A DNA stretch of 64,000 bases from Camelus dromedarius (taxonomy: Eukaryota): contig NC_087436.1 of assembly GCF_036321535.1 (NCBI RefSeq), positions 1,364,001-1,428,000 of the forward strand, in the 5' to 3' direction. Each line of letters starts with the position of its first letter. The first letter of the stretch is position 1. The notes under the pieces were generated by a model that had not been told where the DNA came from, searched no databases, and worked only from the letters and a program-made list of their open reading frames with translations. This document shows positions 1-11,205 of this stretch, piece after piece. Made by a program: the position numbers and the translations under genes.

Positions 1-747
1 TTTGTGTTCCCAACAAGCTAGGTGAAGGACGGCTTTCACACACACTTATCTCTCAGAACTGAGCAAGTGGAGAGACGTTCGTTCATCTAGCACCAAGGGA
101 ACGGGTTGCAGGAGACACTTTTTCTCTGCTTTCTCAGTCTGTTTCCTAGTGCCGGGTTGAAGTTCCTGCAGTTTTCACTGTAAAACCGAGTTGGAGCTAG
201 AACCTCCCCATATATATGTATGGAATGGAGTTTGCAACTGAAAAGAAACTTTGTGTTCCCAACAATCTAGGTGAAGGACGGCTTTCACACACACTTATCT
301 CTCAGAACTGAGCAAGTTGAGAGACTTTCTTTCATCTAGGACCAAGGGAACGGGTTGAAGGAGACACTCTTTCTCTGATTTCTCAGTCTGTTTCCTAGTG
401 CCGGTTTGAAGTTCCTGCATTTTTCACTGTCAAACCGAGTTGGAGCTAGTACCTCCCCATATATATGTATGGAATGGAGTTTGCAACTGAAAAGAAACTT
501 TGTGTTCCCAACAAGCTAGGTGAAGGGCGGCTTTCACACACACTTATCTCTCAGAACTGAGCAAGTGGAGAGACGTTCGTTCATCTAGCACCAAGGGAAC
601 GGGTTGCAGGAGACACTTTTTCTCTGCTTTCTCAGTCTGTTTCCTAGTGCCGGTTTGAAGTTCCTGCAGTTTTCACTGTAAAACCGAGTTGGAGCTAGTA
701 CCTCCCCATATATATGTATGGAATGGAGTTTGCAACTGAAAAGAAAC

Positions 748-3700
748 TTTGTGTTCCCAACAAGCTAGGTGAAGGACGGCTTTCACACACACTTATCTCT
801 CAGAACTGAGGAAGTGGAGAGACGTTCGTTCATCTAGCACCAAGGGAACGGGTTGCAGGAGACACTTTTTCTCTGCTTTCTCAGTCTGTTTCCTAGTGCC
901 GGTTTGAAGTTCCTGCAGTTTTCACTGTAAAACCGAGTTGGAGCTAGTACCTCCCAATATATATGTATGGAATGGAGTTTGCAACTGAAAAGAATCTTTG
1001 TGTTCCCAACAAGCTAGGTGAAGGACGGCTTTCACACACACTTATCTCTCAGAACTGAGCAAGTGGAGAGACGTTCGTTCATCTAGCACCAAGGGAACGG
1101 GTTGCAGGAGACACTTTTTCTCTGCTTTCTCAGTCTGTTTCCTAGTGCCGGTTTGAAGTTCCTGCAGTTTTCACTGTAAAACCGAGTTGGAGCTAGTACC
1201 TCCCCATATATATGTATGGAATGGAGTTTGCAACTGAAAAGAAACTTTGTGTTCCCAACAAGCTAGGTGAAGGACGGCTTTCACACACACTTATCTCTCA
1301 GAACTGAGCAAGTGGAGAGACGTTCGTTCATCTAGCACCAAGGGAACGGGTTGCAGGAGACACTTTTTCTCTGCTTTCTCAGTCTGTTTCCTAGTGCCGG
1401 TTTGAAGTTCCTGCAGTTTTCACTGTAAAACCGAGTTGGAGCTAGTACCTCCCAATATATATGTATGGAATGGAGTTTGCAACTGAAAAGAAACTTTGTG
1501 TTCCCAACAAGCTAGGTGAAGGACGGCTTTCACACACACTTATTTCTCAGAACTGAGCAAGTGGAGAGACTTTCGTTCATCTAGCACCAAGGGAACGGGT
1601 TGCAGGAGACACTTTTTCTCTGCTTTCTCAGTCTGTTTCCTAGTGCCGGGTTGAATTTCCTGCAGTTTTCACTGTAAAACCGAGTTGGAGCTAGTACCTC
1701 CCCATATATATCTATGGAATGTAGTTTGCAACTGAAAAGAAACTTTGTGTTCCCAACAAGCTAGGTGAAGGACGGCTTTCACACACACTTATCTCTCAGA
1801 ACTGAGCAAGTGGAGAGACGTTCGTTCATCTAGCACCAAGGGAACGGGTTGCAGGAGACACTTTTTCTCTGCTTTCTCAGTCTGTTTCCTAGTGCCGGTT
1901 TGAAGTTCCTGCAGTTTTCACTGTAAAACCGAGTTGGAGCTAGTACCTCCCCATATATATGTATGGAATGGAGAATGCAACTGAAAAGAAACTTTGTGTT
2001 CCCAACAAGCTAGGTGAAGGACGGCTTTCACACACACTTATCTCTCAGAACTGAGCAAGTGGAGAGACGTTCGTTCATCTAGCACCAAGGGAACGGGTTG
2101 CAGGAGACACTTTTTCCCTGCTTTCTCAGTCTGTTTCCTAGTGCCGGGTTGAAGTTCCTGCAGTTTTCACTGTAAAACCGAGTTGGAGCTAGTACCTCCC
2201 CATATATATGTATGGAATGGAGTTTGCAACTGAAAAGAAACTTTGTGTTCCCAACAAGCTAGGTGAAGGACGGCTTTCACACACACTTATCTCTCAGAAC
2301 TGAGCAAGTGGAGATTCGTTCGTTCATCTAGCACCAAGGGAACGGGTTGCAGGAGACACTTTTTCTCTGCTTTCTCAGTCTGTTTCCTAGTGCCGGTTTG
2401 AAGTTCCTGCAGTTTTCACTGTAAAACCGAGTTGGAGCTAGTACCTCCCCATATATATGTATGGAATGGAGTTTGCAACTGAAAAGAAACTTTGTGTTCC
2501 CAACAAGCTAGGTGAAGGACGGCTTTCACACACACTTATCTCTCAGAACTGAGCAAGTGGAGAGACGTTCGTTCATCTAGCACCAAGGGAACGGGTTGCA
2601 GGAGACACTTTTTCTCTGCTTTCTCAGTCTGTTTCCTAGTGCCGGTTTGAAGTTCCTGCAGTTTTCACTGTAAAACCGAGTTGGAGCTAGTACCTCCCCA
2701 TATATATGTATGGAATGGAGTTTGCAACTGAAAAGAAACTTTGTGTTCCCAACAAGCTAGGTGAAGGACGGCTTTCACACACACTTATCTCTCAGAACTG
2801 AGGAAGTGGAGAGACGTTCGTTCATCTAGCACCAAGGGAACGGGTTGCAGGAGACACTTTTTCTCTGCTTTCTCAGTCTGTTTCCTAGTGCCGGTTTGAA
2901 GTTCCTGCAGTTTTCACTGTAAAACCGAGTTGGAGCTAGTACCTCCCAATATATATGTATGGAATGGAGTTTGCAACTGAAAAGAATCTTTGTGTTCCCA
3001 ACAAGCTAGGTGAAGGACGGCTTTCACACACACTTATCTCTCAGAACTGAGCAAGTGGAGAGACGTTTGTTCATCTAGCACCAAGGGAACGGGTTGCAGG
3101 AGACACTTTTTCTCTGCTTTCTCAGTCTGTTTCCTAGTGCCGGTTTGAAGTTCCTGCAGTTTTCACTGTAAAACCGAGTTGGAGCTAGTACCTCCCCATA
3201 TATATGTATGGAATGGAGTTTGCAACTGAAAAGAAACTTTGTGTTCCCAACAAGCTAGGTGAAGGACGGCTTTCACACACACTTATCTCTCAGAACTGAG
3301 CAAGTGGAGAGACGTTCGTTCATCTAGCACCAAGGGAACGGGTTGCAGGAGACACTTTTTCTCTGCTTTCTCAGTCTGTTTCCTAGTGCCGGTTTGAAGT
3401 TCCTGCAGTTTTCACTGTAAAACCGAGTTGGAGCTAGTACCTCCCAATATATATGTATGGAATGGAGTTTGCAACTGAAAAGAAACTTTGTGTTCCCAAC
3501 AAGCTAGGTGAAGGACGGCTTTCACACACACTTATTTCTCAGAACTGAGCAAGTGGAGAGACTTTCGTTCATCTAGCACCAAGGGAACGGGTTGCAGGAG
3601 ACACTTTTTCTCTGCTTTCTCAGTCTGTTTCCTAGTGCCGGGTTGAATTTCCTGCAGTTTTCACTGTAAAACCGAGTTGGAGCTAGTACCTCCCCATATA

Positions 3701-4482
3701 TATGTATGGAATGTAGTTTGCAACTGAAAAGAAACTTTGTGTTCCCAACAAGCTAGGTGAAGGACGGCTTTCACACACACTTATCTCTCAGAACTGAGCA
3801 AGTGGAGAGACGTTCGTTCATCTAGCACCAAGGGAACGGGTTGCAGGAGACACTTTTTCTCTGCTTTCTCAGTCTGTTTCCTAGTGCCGGTTTGAAGTTC
3901 CTGCAGTTTTCACTGTAAAACCGAGTTGGAGCTAGTACCTCCCCATATATATGTATGGAATGGAGAATGCAACTGAAAAGAAACTTTGTGTTCCCAACAA
4001 GCTAGGTGAAGGACGGCTTTCACACACACTTATCTCTCAGAACTGAGCAAGTGGAGAGACGTTCGTTCATCTAGCACCAAGGGAACGGGTTGCAGGAGAC
4101 ACTTTTTCCCTGCTTTCTCAGTCTGTTTCCTAGTGCCGGGTTGAAGTTCCTGCAGTTTTCACTGTAAAACCGAGTTGGAGCTAGTACCTCCCCATATATA
4201 TGTATGGAATGGAGTTTGCAACTGAAAAGAAACTTTGTGTTCCCAACAAGCTAGGTGAAGGACGGCTTTCACACACACTTATCTCTCAGAACTGAGCAAG
4301 TGGAGATTCGTTCGTTCATCTAGCACCAAGGGAACGGGTTGCAGGAGACACTTTTTCTCTGCTTTCTCAGTCTGTTTCCTAGTGCCGGTTTGAAGTTCCT
4401 GCAGTTTTCACTGTAAAACCGAGTTGGAGCTAGTACCTCCCCATATATATGTATGGAATGGAGTTTGCAACTGAAAAGAAAC
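748..4482. repeat. 8-monomer higher-order repeat A (1992-bp period), two adjacent copies
   Basis: An ordered marker series recurs at +1992: GAGGAAG/CCCAAT/GAATCT (monomers at 748 and 2740), TATTTCT/GACTTTCG/GAATTT/TGTAGT (1495, 3487), GAGAATGC (1744, 3736), TTTCCCTG (1993, 3985), GAGATTCG (2242, 4234). Confidence 0.93.
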
Positions 4483-6474
4483 TTTGTGTTCCCAACAAGC
4501 TAGGTGAAGGACGGCTTTCACACACACTTATCTCTCAGAACTGAGCAAGTGGAGAGACGTTCGTTCATCTAGCACCAAGGGAACGGGTTGCAGGAGACAC
4601 TTTTTCTCTGCTTTCTCAGTCTGTTTCCTAGTGCCGGGTTGAAGTTCCTGCAGTTTTCACTGTAAAACCGAGTTGGAGCTAGTACCTCCCCATATATATG
4701 TATGGAATGGAGTTTGCAACTGAAAAGAAACTTTGTGTTCCCAACAAGCTAGGTGAAGGACGGCTTTCACACACACTTATCTCTCAGAACTGAGCAAGTG
4801 GAGATTCGTTCGTTCATCTAGCACCAAGGGAACGGGTTGCAGGAGACACTTTTTCTCTGCTTTCTCAGTCTGTTTCCTAGTGCCGGTTTGAAGTTCCTGC
4901 AGTTTTCACTGTAAAACCGAGTTGGAGCTAGTACCTCCCCATATATATGTATGGAATGGAGTTTGCAACTGAAAAGAAACTTTGTGTTCCCAACAAGCTA
5001 GGTGAAGGACGGCTTTCACACACACTTATATCTCAGAACTGAGCAAGTGGAGAGACGTTCGTTCATCTAGCACCAAGGGAACGGGTTGCAGGAGACACTT
5101 TTTCTCTGCTTTCTCAGTCTGTTTCCTAGTGCCGGGTTGAAGTTCCTGCAGTTTTCACTGTAAAACCGAGTTGGAGCTAGTACCTCCCCATATATATGTA
5201 TGGAATGGAGTTTGCAACTGAAAAGAAACTTTGTGTTCCCAACAAGCTAGGTGAAGGACGGCTTTCACACACACTTATCTCTCAGAACTGAGCAAGTGGA
5301 GATTCGTTCGTTCATCTAGCACCAAGGGAACGGGTTGCAGGAGACACTTTTTCTCTGCTTTCTCAGTCTGTTTCCTAGTGCCGGTTTGAAGTTCCTGCAG
5401 TTTTCACTGTAAAACCGAGTTGGAGCTAGTACCTCCCCATATATATGTATGGAATGGAGTTTGCAACTGAAAAGAAACTTTGTGTTCCCAACAAGCTAGG
5501 TGAAGGACGGCTTTCACACACACTTATCTCTCAGAACTGAGCAAGTGGAGAGACGTTCGTTCATCTAGCACCAAGGGAACGGGTTGCAGGAGACACTTTT
5601 TCTCTGCTTTCTCAGTCTGTTTCCTAGTGCCGGGTTGAAGTTCCTGCAGTTTTCACTGTAAAACCGAGTTGGAGCTAGTACCTCCCCATATATATGTATG
5701 GAATGGAGTTTGCAACTGAAAAGAAACTTTGTGTTCCCAACAAGCTAGGTGAAGGACGGCTTTCACACACACTTATCTCTCAGAACTGAGCAAGTGGAGA
5801 TTCGTTCGTTCATCTAGCACCAAGGGAACGGGTTGCAGGAGACACTTTTTCTCTGCTTTCTCAGTCTGTTTCCTAGTGCCGGTTTGAAGTTCCTGCAGTT
5901 TTCACTGTAAAACCGAGTTGGAGCTAGTACCTCCCCATATATATGTATGGAATGGAGTTTGCAACTGAAAAGAAACTTTGTGTTCCCAACAAGCTAGGTG
6001 AAGGACGGCTTTCACACACACTTATCTCTCAGAACTGAGCAAGTGGAGAGACGTTCGTTCATCTAGCACCAAGGGAACGGGTTGCAGGAGACACTTTTTC
6101 TCTGCTTTCTCAGTCTGTTTCCTAGTGCCGGGTTGAAGTTCCTGCAGTTTTCACTGTAAAACCGAGTTGGAGCTAGTACCTCCCCATATATATGTATGGA
6201 ATGGAGTTTGCAACTGAAAAGAAACTTTGTGTTCCCAACAAGCTAGGTGAAGGACGGCTTTCACACACACTTATCTCTCAGAACTGAGCAAGTGGAGATT
6301 CGTTCGTTCATCTAGCACCAAGGGAACGGGTTGCAGGAGACACTTTTTCTCTGCTTTCTCAGTCTGTTTCCTAGTGCCGGTTTGAAGTTCCTGCAGTTTT
6401 CACTGTAAAACCGAGTTGGAGCTAGTACCTCCCCATATATATGTATGGAATGGAGTTTGCAACTGAAAAGAAAC
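3985..6474. repeat. Dimeric higher-order repeat (498-bp period), 5 copies
   Basis: Strict alternation of a GCCGGGTT monomer (3985, 4483, 4981, 5479, 5977) with a GAGATTCG monomer (4234, 4732, 5230, 5728, 6226). Confidence 0.93.
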
Positions 6475-7719
6475 TTTGTGTTCCCAACAAGCTAGGTGAA
6501 GGACTGCTTTCACACACACTTATCTCTCAGAACTGAGCAAGTGGAGAGACGTTCGTTCATCTAGCACCAAGGGAACGGGTTGCAGGAGACACTTTTTCTC
6601 TGCTTTCTCAGTCTGTTTCCTAGTGCCGGGTTGAAGTTCCTGCAGTTTTCACTGTAAAACCGAGTTGGAGCTAGTACCTCCCCATATATATGTATGGAAT
6701 GGGGTTTGCAACTGAAAAGAAACTTTGTGTTCCCAACAAGCTAGGTGAAGGACGGCTTTCACACACACTTAACTCTCAGAACTGAGCAAGTGGAGAGACG
6801 TTCGTTCATCTAGCACCAAGGGAACGGGTTGCAGGAGACACTTTATCTCTGCTTTCTCAGTATGTTTCCTAGTGCCGGTTTGAAGTTCCTGCAGTTTTCA
6901 CTGTAAAACCGAGTTGGAGCTAGTACCTCCCCTTATATATGTATGGAAAGGAGTTTGCAACTGAAAAGAAACTTTGTGTTCCCAACAAGCTAGGTGAAGG
7001 ACGGCTTTCACACACACTTATCTCTCAGAACTGAGCAAGTGGAGAGACGTTCGTTCATCTAGCACCAAGGGAACGGGTTGCAGGAGACACTTTTTCTCTG
7101 CTTTCTCAGTCTGTTTCCTAGTGCCGGGTTGAAGTTCCTGCAGTTTTCACTGTAAAACCGAGTTGGAGCTAGAACCTCCCCATATATATGTATGGAATGG
7201 AGTTTGCAACTGAAAAGAAACTTTGTGTTCCCAACAATCTAGGTGAAGGACGGCTTTCACACACACTTATCTCTCAGAACTGAGCAAGTTGAGAGACGTT
7301 CTTTCATCTAGGACCAAGGGAACGGGTTGAAAGAGACACTCTTTCTCTGATTTCTCAGTCTGTTTCCTAGTGCCGGTTTGAAGTTCCTGCATTTTTCACT
7401 GTCAAACCGAGTTGGAGCTAGTACCTCCCCATATATATGTATGGAATGGAGTTTGCAACTGAAAAGAAACTTTGTGTTCCCAACAAGCTAGGTGAAGGGC
7501 GGCTTTCACACACACTTATCTCTCAGAACTGAGCAAGTGGAGAGACGTTCGTTCATCTAGCACCAAGGGAACGGGTTGCAGGAGACACTTTTTCTCTGCT
7601 TTCTCAGTCTGTTTCCTAGTGCCGGTTTGAAGTTCCTGCAGTTTTCACTGTAAAACCGAGTTGGAGCTAGTACCTCCCCATATATATGTATGGAATGGAG
7701 TTTGCAACTGAAAAGAAAC

Positions 7720-10700
7720 TTTGTGTTCCCAACAAGCTAGGTGAAGGACGGCTTTCACACACACTTATCTCTCAGAACTGAGGAAGTGGAGAGACGTTCG
7801 TTCATCTAGCACCAAGGGAACGGGTTGCAGGAGTCACTTTTTCTCTGCTTTCTCAGTCTGTTTCCTAGTGCCGGTTTGAAGTTCCTGCAGTTTTCACTGT
7901 AAAACCGAGTTGGAGCTAGTACCTCCCCTTATATATGTATGGAATGGAGTTTGCAACTGAAAAGAAACTTTGTGTTCCCAACAAGCTAGGTGAAGGACGG
8001 CTTTCACACACACTTATCTCTCAGAACTGAGCAAGTGGAGAGACGTTCGTTCATCTAGCACCAAGGGAACGGGTTGCAGGAGACACTTTTTCTCTGCTTT
8101 CTCAGTCTGTTTCCTAGTGCCGGTTTGAAGTTCCTGCAGTTTTCACTGTAAAACCGAGTTGGAGCTAGTACCTCCCAATATATATGTATGGAATGGAGTT
8201 TGCAACTGAAAAGAAACTTTGTGTTCCCAACAAGCTAGGTGAAGGACGGCTTTCACACACACTTATTTCTCAGAACTGAGCAAGTGGAGAGACTTTCGTT
8301 CATCTAGCACCAAGGGAACGGGTTGCAGGAGACACTTTTTCTCTGCTTTCTCAGTCTGTTTCCTAGTGCCGTGTTGAATTTCCTGCAGTTTTCACTGTAA
8401 AACCGAGTTGGAGCTAGTACCTCCCCATATATATGTATGGAATGTAGTTTGCAACTGAAAAGAAACTTTGTGTTCCCAACAAGCTAGGTGAAGGACGGCT
8501 TTCACACACACTTATCTCTCAGAACTGAGCAAGTGGAGAGACGTTCGTTCATCTAGCACCAAGGGAACGGGTTGCAGGAGACACTTTTTCTCTGCTTTCT
8601 CAGTCTGTTTCCTAGTGCCGGTTTGAAGTTCCTGCAGTTTTCACTGTAAAACCGAGTTGGAGCTAGTACCTCCCCATATATATGTATGGAATGGAGAATG
8701 CAACTGAAAAGAAACTTTGTGTTCCCAACAAGCTAGGTGAAGGACGGCTTTCACACACACTTATCTCTCAGAACTGAGCAAGTGGAGAGACGTTCGTTCA
8801 TCTAGCACCAAGGGAACGGGTTGCAGGAGACACTTTTTCCCTGCTTTCTCAGTCTGTTTCCTAGTGCCGGGTTGAAGTTCCTGCAGTTTTCACTGTAAAA
8901 CCGAGTTGGAGCTAGTACCTCCCCATATATATGTATGGAATGGAGTTTGCAACTGAAAAGAAACTTTGTGTTCCCAACAAGCTAGGTGAAGGACGGCTTT
9001 CACACACACTTATCTCTCAGAACTGAGCAAGTGGAGATTCGTTCGTTCATCTAGCACCAAGGGAACGGGTTGCAGGAGACACTTTTTCTCTGCTTTCTCA
9101 GTCTGTTTCCTAGTGCCGGTTTGAAGTTCCTGCAGTTTTCACTGTAAAACCGAGTTGGAGCTAGTACCTCCCCATATATATGTATGGAATGGAGTTTGCA
9201 ACTGAAAAGAAACTTTGTGTTCCCAACAAGCTAGGTGAAGGACGGCTTTCACACACACTTATCACTCAGAACTGAGCAAGTGGAGAGACGTTCGTTCATC
9301 TAGCACCAAGGGAACGGGTTGCAGGAGACACTTTTTCTCTGCTTTCTCAGTCTGTTTCCTAGTGCCGGTTTGAAGTTCCTGCAGTTTTCACTGTAAAACC
9401 GAGTTGGAGCTAGTACCTCCCCATATATATGTATGGAATGGAGTTTGCAACTGAAAAGAAACTTTGTGTTCCCAACAAGCTAGGTGAAGGACGGCTTTCA
9501 CACACACTTATCTCTCAGAACTGAGGAAGTGGAGAGACGTTCGTTCATCTAGCACCAAGGGAACGGGTTGCAGGAGACACTTTTTCTCTGCTTTCTCAGT
9601 CTGTTTCCTAGTGCCGGTTTGAAGTTCCTGCAGTTTTCACTGTAAAACCGAGTTGGAGCTAGTACCTCCCAATATATATGTATGGAATGGAGTTTGCAAC
9701 TGAAAAGAATCTTTGTGTTCCCAACAAGCTAGGTGAAGGACGGCTTTCACACACACTTATCTCTCAGAACTGAGCAAGTGGAGAGACGTTCGTTCATCTA
9801 GCACCAAGGGAACGGGTTGCAGGAGACACTTTTTCTCTGCTTTCTCAGTCTGTTTCCTAGTGCCGGTTTGAAGTTCCTGCAGTTTTCACTGTAAAACCGA
9901 GTTGGAGCTAGTACCTCCCCATATATATGTATGGAATGGAGTTTGCAACTGAAAAGAAACTTTGTGTTCCCAACAAGCTAGGTGAAGGACGGCTTTCACA
10001 CAAACTTATCTCTCAGAACTGAGCAAGTGGAGAGACGTTCGTTCATCTAGCACCAAGGGAACGGGTTGCAGGAGACACTTTTTCTCTGCTTTCTCAGTCT
10101 GTTTCCTAGTGCCGGTTTGAAGTTCCTGCAGTTTTCACTGTAAAACCGAGTTGGAGCTAGTACCTCCCAATATATATGTATGGAATGGAGTTTGCAACTG
10201 AAAAGAAACTTTGTGTTCCCAACAAGCTAGGTGAAGGACGGCTTTCACACACACTTATTTCTCAGAACTGAGCAAGTGGAGAGACTTTCGTTCATCTAGC
10301 ACCAAGGGAACGGGTTGCAGGAGACACTTTTTCTCTGCTTTCTCAGTCTGTTTCCTAGTGCCGGGTTGAATTTCCTGCAGTTTTCACTGTAAAACCGAGT
10401 TGGAGCTAGTACCTCCCCATATATATGTATGGAATGTAGTTTGCAACTGAAAAGAAACTTTGTGTTCCCAACAAGCTAGGTGAAGGACGGCTTTCACACA
10501 CACTTATCTCTCAGAACTGAGCAAGTGGAGAGAAGTTCGTTCATCTAGCACCAAGGGAACGGGTTGCAGGAGACACTTTTTCTCTGCTTTCTCAGTCTGT
10601 TTCCTAGTGCCGGTTTGAAGTTCCTGCAGTTTTCACTGTAAAACCGAGTTGGAGCTAGTACCTCCCCATATATATGTATGGAATGGAGAATGCAACTGAA

Positions 10701-11205
10701 AAGAAACTTTGTGTTCCCAACAAGCTAGGTGAAGGACGGCTTTCACACACACTTATCTCTCAGAACTGAGCAAGTGGAGAGACGTTCGTTCATCTAGCAC
10801 CAAGGGAACGGGTTGCAGGAGACACTTTTTCCCTGCTTTCTCAGTCTGTTTCCTAGTGCCGGGTTGAAGTTCCTGCAGTTTTCACTGTAAAACCGAGTTG
10901 GAGCTAGTACCTCCCCATATATATGTATGGAATGGAGTTTGCAACTGAAAAGAAACTTTGTGTTCCCAACAAGCTAGGTGAAGGACGGCTTTCACACACA
11001 CTTATCTCTCAGAACTGAGCAAGTGGAGATTCGTTCGTTCATCTAGCACCAAGGGAACGGGTTGCAGGAGACACTTTTTCTCTGCTTTCTCAGTCTGTTT
11101 CCTAGTGCCGGTTTGAAGTTCCTGCAGTTTTCACTGTAAAACCGAGTTGGAGCTAGTACCTCCCCATATATATGTATGGAATGGAGTTTGCAACTGAAAA
11201 GAAAC
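7720..11205. repeat. Higher-order repeat A again: one 7-mer deletion variant followed by a regular copy
   Basis: The same marker series as 748-4482. GAGGAAG monomers start at 7720 and 9463 (7 units apart). TATTTCT/GAATTT monomers start at 8218 and 10210, and GAGATTCG monomers at 8965 and 10957 (8 units apart). Confidence 0.88.

Noticed and set aside
37..45. (CA)n and (TA)n microsatellite-like runs; TATA-like motif at 211-217
   Set aside because: Only about 4 units, fixed parts of the monomer with no length variation and no promoter context.
77..106. CENP-B box-like halves TTCGTT ... GGAACGGG
   Set aside because: The canonical NTTCGNNNNANNCGGGN needs 7 nt between TTCG and CGGG, and here there are 20. 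I found no correctly spaced motif on either strand.
219..230. TGGAATGGAG resembling the human satellite 2/3 GGAAT pentamer
   Set aside because: Only about two copies per monomer, so it is not evidence of relationship.
1..249. Tandem RNA gene cluster (5S, tRNA, snRNA) or primate alpha satellite
   Set aside because: I recognised no such RNA sequence or convincing Pol III boxes. The unit is not 171 bp, and only short words resemble alpha satellite. An Rfam/Dfam search would be decisive.
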